From Amoebophrya sp. A120 (lineage: Eukaryota; Protista; Dinoflagellata), in NCBI GenBank assembly GCA_905178155.1, contig CAJINV010000003.1:62001-126000 (forward strand): a stretch of 64,000 bases of DNA, read 5' to 3'. Below, in pieces: positions 1-10,234 of this stretch. The notes under the pieces are model-generated. The model had not been told where the DNA came from. It saw nothing but the letters and a program-made list of their open reading frames with translations, and did no database searches. A program made the position numbers and the translations under genes. Numbering within the stretch: the first letter of the stretch is position 1; each line of letters opens with the position of its first letter.

Positions 1-1
1 G

Positions 2-3000
2 ACGGACTCCTTCTCCGGCGGGCTACCGCCTAGCATGGATGGGAGTACGATCTGCATCACCATCCGAGACAGTTATACTGATTGGCTGGAGCCTTTCGGC
101 ATCAAGTCCCAGGATGAGTGTGGTGAAGCGTTGAAGAAGTTTTGCACTCAAGTAGGCAAGCCAAAAGCCTCGCGCTGCGACAATGAGCCAGTCCTGAAAG
201 GGGTGAATGGTCCTTGGAGGGCAGCTTGCAGGGAGCTCGGTATTGTTGCTGGCCACAGCATCATCCGGGAGCCGCAAACCAACGGGAACGCTGAGCGGTG
301 GCATAGGGCTCTTGGGGATGGTCTTCGGGCTAACCTTCAAGGGGTAGATCCTCGGCTTTGGGATTGGTGTGCGCGCTACGTCGCTCACATCAAGAACAGG
401 CTGCAGCGCAAGACCAATGCCCTAGCTCCTTACTACAAGAGGCTTCAGCGGGCCGCTGAATGCAATTACTTCAGGCGTTTCGGATGCGTGGCCTACGTGA
501 AAACGCATGTCCACGACGATCCGCAGAAGGTTCCAAAACTGGCGGACAGGTATGAGAAAGGTGTTTTTCTCGGCTATAGTCGTGCAAGCTCCTCGTATCT
601 GGTCGGTGTCTTTCACAAGAATGACAATTGCCGGGATGGGCAGAGATTTTGTGTGATCGAGTCAAAATCCGTAAAGTTCGATGAGGATACTCTCGCGCCG
701 GATGTGACAACGCTGCGCAAGTCGTTAGAAGGGTCGCCAGAGTTCCGACCTCCTGCTGATCTTGACCCAGCCGAGGCAGTTGGGAGGCGCCTAGCCCTTC
801 GATCTGCGTTGGATGGAGTCGTAGAGAGGCTAGAGGGAGTTTCTGTGGGGGCTTCGAAAGACGACGAGCCAGCGCCAAAGCGTCGGAAGCTGGACAAAGC
901 CGCTGACGATGCTAAGCAGCAACAAGAGCTGCTACCACCGGAGACGGCTGGCGATGGTTCGCCAAAATCTCCTGGTCAAAAGGACCTGCCTGATCAGCAG
1001 GGCGCCGGAGATGGCCCAAAAGACCAACAAGCGGAACAACCCGCAGGACCTTCAGGAAAAGGCCCCGACTGCACTGATCTTATCGATGACGAGCTCAACC
1101 CATTCAAATGGCGTCAGAAGGGTGGAGTTCTCATAAAGGTGAGAAACAGGCGCGGGCGCCCGAAAGGTCTTACTCGCGACAAGTGTCCATATTGGCGAAA
1201 GCCTGGACGGAAATCCAAGCAGGACAAAACCGCTTCGGATATTGTTAGGCCCATTGGGGACCCGTCTAAGGATGAAAATCCGGAAGCGGCTGCAGCTGGA
1301 AATGGTGCGGGGGCAATTCTCGATTGGGATTTGGCTCAGTCCTTTTATTCAGTTTCAGAAAAGTCCAGAACCAAAGACGGCGACGCAGTTTGTTGGACAA
1401 TACAAGTTACAAGGAAAGAGGCACTTGAGGGGCCAGATGCCGCCAAGTGGTTGGAAGCTGATACGCTAGAGCGTACGCAGCTGGAAGCGCTTAAGTGCTG
1501 GCGACCGCTTGAAGATGGTGAGTTCACTGACCAGGATGAGGTAGCTCCTTCGGTGGTGATATACACTCGTAAGAGGTGCGGAAAGTACAGAGCTCGCTTG
1601 GTTGCGCTTGGTAACAGGCAAACCAAAGTGATGAAAGCTGAGATCTTTTCTCCCACTGTCTCACACGCTGCTACTCGTTCCTTGCTTGTAGATGCTGCGG
1701 CATCGGGGAAATTTGTTGAGGGCTTTGATATTTCAAACGCTTTCATCAGATCGACCCTTGAGGATTCTGATCGAGTTTTCGTCAGACTTCCACAGCACTG
1801 GAGTGCTGACCCACGCGGGGACCGTGTTAGATTGTTAAAATCTCTCTACGGCCTGCGGTGTGCACCTCGAAAGTGGTATGACTGCTATTCGAAATACTTG
1901 CTGAGTGATGGCTGGAAGCGATCACCGCAAGAACCTGGTCTGTTCAAGAAGGGCAAGCTCACCTTGGCGATCTATGTCGATGATAGTTTTATCACTGGCC
2001 CAGATCAACAAGAGTGCGCAGCTGCTTGCAGGCGAATTCTTGACAGATTCAGCGGCAGGATGATTCTTCCGATCGTTCGCGGTCCAATTCATGAACGGGA
2101 CATCTTGGGTGTGCGTATGCTTTACAATCGCGAAGCGCGATGCCTCACTTTGGATTTAGAGGAAGCTATTGTGAAACTTGCCAAGAAGTTTGACATACAG
2201 GAAGGTAGACCGCTCGCAACTCCTTGCGTGTATACTGACCTTGAGGAAGGGAAGCTCATGCCTGAGTATCCTCTTCGCAAGTTGATCGGCGGGCTTCAAT
2301 ACATCGGAACGATGTGCCGCCCTGATGTGGTTTTCGCCATAAATCGGGTTGCGAGGGCTCAAAACAAACCAACGGCGTCCGTTATTACGGCAGCCAAGAG
2401 GATTGCCCGTTATCTCTTGCAGACCAAGGGCCAAGGGTTGTGCTACACGCCTCAGCGTGAAGCTGAGTTTCGGGAAACTTATCGCAAAGTCCTTGAAGCG
2501 CAGGGCTCCAAGAAGTCTTTGCCGGACCTTGTTGCGTTTTCTGATGCTGATTTCGCTGGTTGCTCCGTGACCTTGCGAAGTAGTAGTGGTTCTATCCTGC
2601 ACTTTCGTGGTATGCCTATTTGTTGGTCTTCCAAGCGTCAAACCTTGAGGGCCTACAGCACCTGTGAAAGTGAGTATATAGCTTTGCTTGATACGCTGAA
2701 ACTAACGCAGGGCCCGGGTTTCCTTGAGTGGCTTGATGAAAGTCAAGAACTGCCTGGGATTCTGTTTACTGACAACAAGTCCGCGATAGAAGTAGCGACA
2801 TCCAGTTTGCCTACGAAGAAGACTAAGCACTTTCTTCTGCGATGGCATGAGGTAAAAGAGCATATGGAAAACATCGCACACGTTCCAACGGACAGGAACA
2901 AAGCTGATCCGCTGACTAAGCCGATGGCAAGTCCTCTTCTGTGCTTTTTCGCACTATCTCGCGAACCCTTACCGGAGAAAAAGGATGGAATCGCTGCACT

Positions 3001-3025
3001 GTATTCGGCTGCTGTGTTAGCTTGA
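2..3025 (+). CDS. Ty1/copia pol polyprotein (integrase-reverse transcriptase-RNase H), 5'-partial
   Basis: Frame is open from the window start. Integrase core RCDN...PQTNGNAER, FRRFGCVAY/KGVFLGY; RT YRARLVALG, DISNAF, KSLYGL, YVDD; RNase H FSDADFAG, CESEY, TDNKSA, NKADPLTK. INT-RT-RH order is the copia order. Confidence 0.96.
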   Translation, partial: TDSFSGGLPPSMDGSTICITIRDSYTDWLEPFGIKSQDECGEALKKFCTQVGKPKASRCDNEPVLKGVNGPWRAACRELGIVAGHSIIREPQTNGNAERWHRALGDGLRANLQGVDPRLWDWCARYVAHIKNRLQRKTNALAPYYKRLQRAAECNYFRRFGCVAYVKTHVHDDPQKVPKLADRYEKGVFLGYSRASSSYLVGVFHKNDNCRDGQRFCVIESKSVKFDEDTLAPDVTTLRKSLEGSPEFRPPADLDPAEAVGRRLALRSALDGVVERLEGVSVGASKDDEPAPKRRKLDKAADDAKQQQELLPPETAGDGSPKSPGQKDLPDQQGAGDGPKDQQAEQPAGPSGKGPDCTDLIDDELNPFKWRQKGGVLIKVRNRRGRPKGLTRDKCPYWRKPGRKSKQDKTASDIVRPIGDPSKDENPEAAAAGNGAGAILDWDLAQSFYSVSEKSRTKDGDAVCWTIQVTRKEALEGPDAAKWLEADTLERTQLEALKCWRPLEDGEFTDQDEVAPSVVIYTRKRCGKYRARLVALGNRQTKVMKAEIFSPTVSHAATRSLLVDAAASGKFVEGFDISNAFIRSTLEDSDRVFVRLPQHWSADPRGDRVRLLKSLYGLRCAPRKWYDCYSKYLLSDGWKRSPQEPGLFKKGKLTLAIYVDDSFITGPDQQECAAACRRILDRFSGRMILPIVRGPIHERDILGVRMLYNREARCLTLDLEEAIVKLAKKFDIQEGRPLATPCVYTDLEEGKLMPEYPLRKLIGGLQYIGTMCRPDVVFAINRVARAQNKPTASVITAAKRIARYLLQTKGQGLCYTPQREAEFRETYRKVLEAQGSKKSLPDLVAFSDADFAGCSVTLRSSSGSILHFRGMPICWSSKRQTLRAYSTCESEYIALLDTLKLTQGPGFLEWLDESQELPGILFTDNKSAIEVATSSLPTKKTKHFLLRWHEVKEHMENIAHVPTDRNKADPLTKPMASPLLCFFALSREPLPEKKDGIAALYSAAVLA

Positions 3026-3404
3026 TCCTTCTCCTGCGAGAATTGAGGGCATCCCGGACTGCGGAATGGGATATAGGGTGCTCGGAGTGTTTTCCTCCCA
3101 CGTAGATTGCGAGTTGTTTCCCGCTTTCTAGGAGCTAGCAGAGTAGCTTCGGGGGTTTTTGTGCTTCAGAGGTCCTTGGGCGTAGCCATTGCGCTAGGTT
3201 CCTTAAGTTGAGGTTGCTTAGAGGGTAAGCATTCGCAACGCTCTGCCTATTCTTTGGGGTGTGGTCTTGGTTGGCTAAATGGTTCAAGTGTGAGTTTGGT
3301 AGTGACCCAGTCTACTTTGTCTTCTGCGTCTATCCGTGGGCCAGATTCCACATTCTTCACTTGTGGGGGAATGTAGGGGCACACTGGTTAGCCGTGTGGG
3401 GGAA

Positions 3405-3680
3405 TGTAGGCATAGGGATCAAATGACCCAAATCACAGCTGATCCACCGCCAAGATCCAAGCAAATCAGCATGAATCCATGAAATCGATCAAGAGAGAGA
3501 TGATAGAAATGACCGGCACAGCTATGACGATTGTGCCCGGCTTAGCCTGATTGCTGAACCTTTGAACTTTGTACCCCAATGAACTCAGTGACGTGGATAC
3601 TAGTAGGCGGATCAACCTAAGTAGGTTATTTGCATTCTGAGTGTTCTTACATACACGGTCTCTCTTCTTTTATTCTTACA
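3405..3680 (+). repeat. putative 3' LTR (~276 bp; alternative start 3372)
   Basis: Begins TGTAGG right after PPT GGGGGAA (3398-3404) and ends CTTACA. The 5' LTR is outside the window, so the ends are not confirmed. Confidence 0.65.
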
Positions 3681-4535
3681 TCGACATCAAGCGCGACAGG
3701 CAAATTGCAGTCAAGTGTCTGGCCCAGAAACCGTTCTTCTTTCGAAAAATCATAGCAAATTGCGACTTGAGAATCGCAGCTCTTCTTCTGGGAATAATGT
3801 TACTATGCGATGAATACGAAAACGTAAACGAATCAGTAGTGGTGAATTGAGTGGCCGAGGATATCGAAGCTCTGCTCGGCAAGTCTCTCTCGCGGAGGTT
3901 TTTTTGCGCGCAGGATGGATTCGATAGCGAGGTCTGGGTAGAAGTACTTTGTTCAGTCACCACATCAGACATTTGCTTGTCCGTGTGGTACTACTTACCC
4001 CGAAGGAAATTACGTGGATCCCTCGTCGCTATGGGTGGTGTAGATCGTGTTTAGATCATCCTTCGCAGGCGTAGGTCAATATTGTGGTTTTGTTTTCAAT
4101 ATCATATATCGATCTATCTGTTTGCAGATCCGTGCTGGCAGTTACATGTTTTGTTTTTCTTCAGTGGACAAAGAACGACTCGACGAAATTGTCGTTGTCG
4201 CGTAAATGCGCATATGTTCACTGCAGGCTCATTTTCAATCAACTCCAAGATCACCAGACCTATGGGCATCTGCACCTTGCAATTCATCTTGTAGCACCAC
4301 TAGCCGTTGGCAACTGCGAAAAGAAATTTTACAAATGTACTAATAGACATAGAGAAAAGCTCTTGCATCACCGTTGTACAAACCAAATCATCCTATCCTA
4401 AAAAAGCATTTCGTGTTATGATTCTATTTTCCGTTTTTGCAGCAATTCATCGCGATAAAGAAACACCCCCGTGAACAATCGGGCGACAAGAAGGTAATAG
4501 ACCTGCCGCCCGAATAAATTAGATCCGGCGACACG

Positions 4536-5015
4536 ATGGGAAACGCGTGCAACGGGTGTTTTGCGGGGCTGACAAGTTCCCCGGCCAACCCGCAGATGGA
4601 CCCGAACCGGGCGGAAAACGTGCGCGACCACAAAGCGCTTGCCGCGGCGGCACAGAAGGGGAACGTGGAGCACGTGAGTGCGCTGCTGACGGTGGCGGAC
4701 CCGCTGTGGCCGGACGAGGGATTTTTCATGTACACGGCGCTGCACCTCGCCGCCGCTTCGGGGCACGCGGAAGTGGTCCGGTTACTTCTAGAGGACGACC
4801 GGGTACAGGGCAGGAGCGCCATTGACGTACGGTCCACGTCCGACGAGACCCCCTTCCTCATGGCCGCCAGAGGCCGGAAACGGGAGGTTTGCAAACTGTT
4901 TCTCGATAGGGGGGCGGATTTAGAGGCCAAAACAAACTACAAGGGAAACCTTGCCCGCAGTGTACGCAGCTACCTAGAGGAAGCCGGGTTTGCAGATTTG
5001 CTGGAGGAGAGTTAA
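4536..5015 (+). CDS. small ankyrin-repeat protein (159 aa)
   Basis: TALHLAAASGHAEVVRLLL and ETPFLMAARGRKREVCKLFLDRGAD ankyrin motifs; intronless. Confidence 0.88.
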   Translation: MGNACNGCFAGLTSSPANPQMDPNRAENVRDHKALAAAAQKGNVEHVSALLTVADPLWPDEGFFMYTALHLAAASGHAEVVRLLLEDDRVQGRSAIDVRSTSDETPFLMAARGRKREVCKLFLDRGADLEAKTNYKGNLARSVRSYLEEAGFADLLEES

Positions 5016-5556
5016 TAGTAGTTCTCGTCGTCTTTGCGCAGATCAGAAAGTTGTTTGTTGAGTAAAAAATCCTGATGTTTTTCAACATGATGTGCTAATC
5101 GTGCTACCTTCTAAATAGAAGTGCGGTGGCGCTTTCGCTTTCATCTACACATTTAACGACGCAGCACTGCAGGATGCAATTTTTCGCCAGTTTAGTCAAC
5201 GCCTTCAGGGACAGCTTTTGGATCTCGAAGAACGAGTCAAGAACCGATGTGGTCTTCTCGCCACCAGAAATCGCCGCCGAAATCAAATGAAAGCTAGGCA
5301 TCAACCAGCTGAACAGCAGCCGGGGTCTGTGAAGTTCTTTTGTTCGGGAGTTATTATGAAGCGAAGAATCCGGTGACCTTCGCAGCTCCATGCACGTGGG
5401 CCTTGCCTCGGGATCACCTTGAAGTAAAATTGCGTTTACTTTTTTTCTTACCTGTCGGCGCCTGAGCAAGTACTACTGTACTTGATTTTGCGTCCTCTCA
5501 GACAGTAGCCTTCAGGCGCACCATCGCCGCGTTCTTTTCTCATTGGATCGAAAGAA

Positions 5557-8500
5557 ATGCGGGGTTTGTCATTGCACACGACTTCTTGTCGTGCCACGTC
5601 TTCGCGGGCGCCGTCGACTTCCAGCTGTGTGCAGACATCCACCAGCTGTTCAACGACGACGATGTGGCAGACCAGAAACAGGCACGTCCGAGGTCCACCT
5701 TCCACGCGCTCGTTTGCTACCGGCAAATCCATTGTGAACGGAACCCCGGCGCGACAGGGTCTGCTGCGCGGCTGGAACCGGCTCGCGGATGCAGTAACAG
5801 CCACGCTCGGACCCAAGGGTCGCAACGTGGTGATCGAGCAAATGTACGGACCGCCCAAAATCACCAAGGACGGCGTCACCGTCGCCAAATCGATCGATCT
5901 GAGCGGAAAAATGGAGAACCTGGGCGCGCAACTCGCCAAGTCGGTAGCCAGCAAAACCAACGACATCGCTGGCGACGGGACCACCACCGCGACGGTGCTT
6001 GGGAGAGCCATGTTTCGCGAAGGCTGCAAGGCGGTTGCCGCGGGCATGAATCCGATGGATTTGAAAAGAGGTATTTTTGTTCGTTTAGAATTGTAGTTCT
6101 TGAAGTTGCTTGTTCGTTACACGACTGATCTTCGACATGCATCTATTCACTCTAACCAGGCATTGACCACGCTGTGGAGGTGGTGAGCAAAGATTTGTCC
6201 CGGCTTGCCAAGCCGGTGGGCGGCACCGAAGAGATTCGGCAGGTGGCGACCATCGCGGCCAATTCCGACACGGAGATCGGCAACCTGCTCGCGGAGGCCT
6301 TCCACCGCGTCGGTAAGGAGGGGAACATTACGGTGCAGGACGGCAATACGCTGCAACACGAACTGGAGATCGTGGAGGGGTGCCGGATCGACCGCGGGTA
6401 TCTGAGTCCCTACTTCCTAGATTCTCCCGGTAGCAGTGGTGGTTCCTCCTCCTCCTCCAGCAAGAACCAAAACAGCCTGGAGCTGGAGAACCCGCTGATT
6501 CTGTTCTACGAAAAGAAGTTGTCGCACCTGGAACCTCTACTCCCCGTGCTGGAGCAGGTGGTGCAAGCGAAGCGACCGCTGCTGATCATCGCGGAAGACG
6601 TGGATATGGATGTGTCAGGACTGAAATCGACAAAGTCGAAATAAACTTGTAATGCAGAAAATGGATGAAAGTTGCAACCCAGTTGTCAAGTGGCGCATGA
6701 CAAATTTGGGTAGAGCCGAAATCCAGTTTGTCATGCTGTTTGGGTAAGGAAGACGCCTTTTGTCATGCTACTTTAGCAGCTCCATGTCTACCCCTCGACA
6801 GGCTTACAATCTGCCTCACTTGCCTACTCTGCAAGACAGGCACTTTGTGGGCTGCATCTTATGCATGGTAAACGACCGCTTCCGTGGATGCAGCTGCTCG
6901 TCGTGTACTATGGGCCAGCAACCTCGGGTCCTCATCATCATCATTTGTGTTGCGGGTGCACGAGTGTTCCTGCAAGGTCGTTAACACGTCGCGGTCCCAG
7001 CCGGAGCCTCTGCAGCGTTCTCTTCTCGGACCTTCCTGGGTGCTCCCTCAGTATTACTTCTGGGACCTTCTCGGACCTCCTTCCCAGTGCTGTAGTCTTC
7101 CGCCCCGGGGCTGTTATTCCCGTTGCAGGATGTACTACCCTGGTCCGTGGTTGCTACACCGGCAGGCGTTAGGTGAGTAGATGGACTTCGCCCCGTCCGT
7201 CGCGTAGGGTCTCCTACGTGGGATTCCTGTTGATGCCTCCTTGGTGTGGGGTTGTCCTCGATGGTGGTGCTGGTGGATTTGGTGCGGGGGCTTGCAGCCC
7301 CACGTTCTCCTCTTCCCCGCCAGTTCTGAGTGTTATGTCGCTTGGATCTGTTTCTGCTGTCCCCCTCTCCTTGGTTGCTGTCGATGGGTTTCTGGCGGTT
7401 TGTGTGGCGTCGGAAATTTTGCCACCACCACTGTCTGGTCCCCGTCTGCTCTGTGGCAAGGCAGGTCGGGTTACCTGGTCGGGTTGGTTGTCTGGTCGTG
7501 TCTCTCTATGCCCCTGCCCCTTGATGCCTGCCACTGGGCGGATTGGGAGCGTTTTCACGGCGTCAGTCTGTTTCTAAGAGCTGAAACTATATGACGCGTG
7601 TTGTCTGCTCTTAGACATTATGGGGAGGATGCTTGTCCTTGTTTCCCCCCAGGGCATTGCCTCATCGTTGGTGCTACTGTGTGACAGCTCTTGGTTTCCG
7701 TGGTGCTTTCGGTGGGATGGACGTCCGGTGTTGCTTCGACACTCTTGTGTTGTTGCATTTGTGAATGCGAGGGCAGTGGTGGACTGAGGTTGCTGGAGTT
7801 TTCCGTAAGGACACTCCAAGTTAATTTCTGACTACTTCGCTTCCTTGTGCCTCTGCTTTAGTGCTATTTTTGGTGCTTTAGCTTATAGGCGTCCCCCTCG
7901 CATCTCACCTCCAGGTCTTCGGGGACCCCACTTTTCCAAGGTTCTTGGTTGTGGATGGTTCCCTGCGGGCTTTGTGGCGTCTGGGTATCCTTTGTTGCAT
8001 CTTATGCATGACAAACTATTTCGTCAACTTTGACGATTTCAATCCTGACAGTCCCATAGTGGAGGGAGAGGCGCTGTCCACGTTGGTGGTGAACAAGCTG
8101 CGTGGGGGCCTGCGCGTGTGCGCGATCAAGGCGCCGGGCTTCGGCGACAACCGGAAGGCGATGCTGCACGACATGGCGGTGTTGACGGGCGGCGTGGTGA
8201 TCACCGAAGACGTAGGTCTACGGCTGGATCAGACAAGGTTGGAGCAGCTGGGTAACTGCAAGAAGTGCCTCATCGGAAAAGACTCGACCACCATCCTGGA
8301 AGGCCGAAGCAGCAAGCCGGAAATCGAACTGCGGTGTGCGGAGATACGCGTGGCGATGGAAAATACCGTATTAGAAACCACTACCATATACATCCAAGTT
8401 TTTAGAGTTTTGCAGTAGCAAAGCCAAAAATTGACAATGATTTCGTTTTCTGAGACAGGGACTTCTACGAGTGTAGAAGTGGAGCATATGCTGTGTCGTA

Positions 8501-9290
8501 GGTAAGGTGAACATGATCCAGATAGCTGTCTGTTAGTGCGGTTGTTCTTGTACCAAAATAACATATCACACGCCAGGCTTCGGAATACGAGGCGGACAAG
8601 CTGAAGGAGCGACTGGCCCGGCTGCAGGGCGGCGTTGCGGTCATTAAGGTTGGCGGCAGCTCGGAGGTGGAGGTGGGGGAAACGCGGGACCGGTTTGCGG
8701 ACGCCCTCTGTGCGACGCGGTGCGCGCTCGAGGAGGGAGTGGTGCCCGGGGGCGGGACCGCGTTTCTGTACGCGACAGAAAGCCTGAAGGACGTCAAGTT
8801 GGACAACGACGACCGAAATTTCGGGGTGCAGATCGTCCGCGAGGTGCTGAAACAGCCCTGTTTGGCGATCGTGCGGAACGCGGGGAAGGAGGGCAGCATC
8901 GTCGTCGACAAGCTGCTGGAGGGAAAGGACGAGAAAATGGGGTAAGATAATTTTTGTTGTAGATGGAGGCATGATAACTATGGAAGGTATAATTTGCTAT
9001 TGGTACAACCGCAGGAGCACCTGATATTTGATTCTGAACCATGTCCCGAGCAGCCCGACAGCAGCTCCAATCGATTTCATTTTATCTTTTTCAGTTACGA
9101 CGCACAGAAAGACGTGTTTGTCAACATGCTGGAGGCGGGGATTTTGGACCCCACAAAGGTGGTGCGGACCGCTCTGGAAGACGCAAGCTCCGTTGCTGGA
9201 CTCCTCACAACCACCGAGGTCGTCATCCACGAGGCCGATGACGACGAAAAGCTGTCCCCGATGGACCGCCGAGCCATGACCTACGACTGA
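5557..9290 (+). CDS. HSP60: mitochondrial chaperonin 60; exons 5557-6070, 6160-6604, 8064-8367, 8577-8941, 9095-9290
   Basis: [41 protein letters not shown] (rebuilt across the introner), [26 protein letters not shown]. Three GT-AG introns plus one non-canonical intron. Ser/Thr/Arg-rich N-terminal presequence; the start could instead be 5662. Confidence 0.95.
6605..8058. mobile_element. introner family D (non-canonical intron) carrying a nested 1.1-kb insert
   Basis: TIR TATGGATGTGTCAGGACTGAAATCGACAAAGT / reverse at 8027-8058; DR GTGGA at 6600-6604 and 8059-8063; removal gives EDVEGEAL. Confidence 0.92.
6868..7995. mobile_element. unclassified 1128-bp insertion with 15-bp target duplication, nested in the introner
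   Basis: TGCATCTTATGCATG at 6853-6867 and 7996-8010. Removing it leaves a ~311-bp element matching the 307-bp family-D copy at 24407-24713. Confidence 0.8.
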
Positions 9291-10234
9291 TTTTTTCTCA
9301 GCGGAGGTCGCGCAGGGGCGTAAGCTAACTCGATCATTATACAGTTTTTCAAAAAGAGTACGACGAAAGTAAGACTTTGGATCAGTGATTTGTTGCGATT
9401 ATTTGAGAACATAAAGTGAGCATTAGTTTATTTTTGTTGGTTCAGTTGTACTACTAAGTGGGTTCTGAGAAACTTTTCACCTTCCAAGGCAGAAAACGCC
9501 GGCGCAGCAAAAAAAAATATTGGACATCGTTGCTGCTCATTGCTGACGGTGGGTGAAAATTTTCTTTGTTCTACCGAAAAACGATATAGAGTTCCGCATA
9601 AAATTGTTCAGAATCTCCAACTCCAACATCTACATCATGCCTCTTTCGCTTCTCCTGTAGCAGCCGGTGTGCGATTTGGATTACCTGTTTTGGATCATCA
9701 TCTTACTGCCGCGTTTTTCGATCTCCAAATGCCTGGTTCTGCATTAGTCAACGATCGAATATTTGTGTAGTAAGCACATGTAAATTTGTCGTTACCGATG
9801 AGACGGTATAGCATGAATTTGATAAAAGTTACTTACAACCTTACCCCAATACGGTTCTCTTACTAGTACGAGGAATGCTTTTCGATGGTTATAATCCGAC
9901 ATCAACAGGCGACCTTGAGATCAAGCGACACACCACATCGACGATTTCTCTCGTACCACGCGGCGTCACTTCTAATACCAGAATGTCCTTATAGATTCAC
10001 AAAGTTGAGTAGCGACATGGCATTTTTCCCCTCTGATCTCCATAGTCAAGCCGTATAAAATGAAAATCCACTCTAGCCGTAGCCTCGCAAAACAACAAAA
10101 AGACGACGAAGCGACCACACAGTGTAATTGAGTTTTTCGTCAGTAAAAATTGAGAGGTGTACTAGGCCCCTCTGCTAGTACTTACGTGCAAACGATAAAT
10201 CTGCGAAGAAATTATAACCCCAAGTATTGTCGGT

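Larger units (their letters stand above)
1..3680 (+). mobile_element. Ty1/copia LTR retrotransposon, 3' portion
   Basis: Uninterrupted pol ORF, then a purine tract GGGGGAA and a TGTA...TACA-bounded segment. Confidence 0.9.

Noticed and set aside
3181-3190. CGTAGCCATT resembling the dinoflagellate spliced leader
   Set aside because: Only 10 nt match, TTTGGCTCAAG is missing, and it lies inside the retrotransposon; consistent with chance.
1-3680. Copia integrase as the mobiliser of the introners (both give 5-bp duplications)
   Set aside because: Introners end TA...TA with long TIRs, not TG...CA LTRs, and I see no shared sequence with the LTR.
6861-7819. ORFs within the nested insert
   Set aside because: Short, low-complexity, with no RT, endonuclease or gag motif recognisable.
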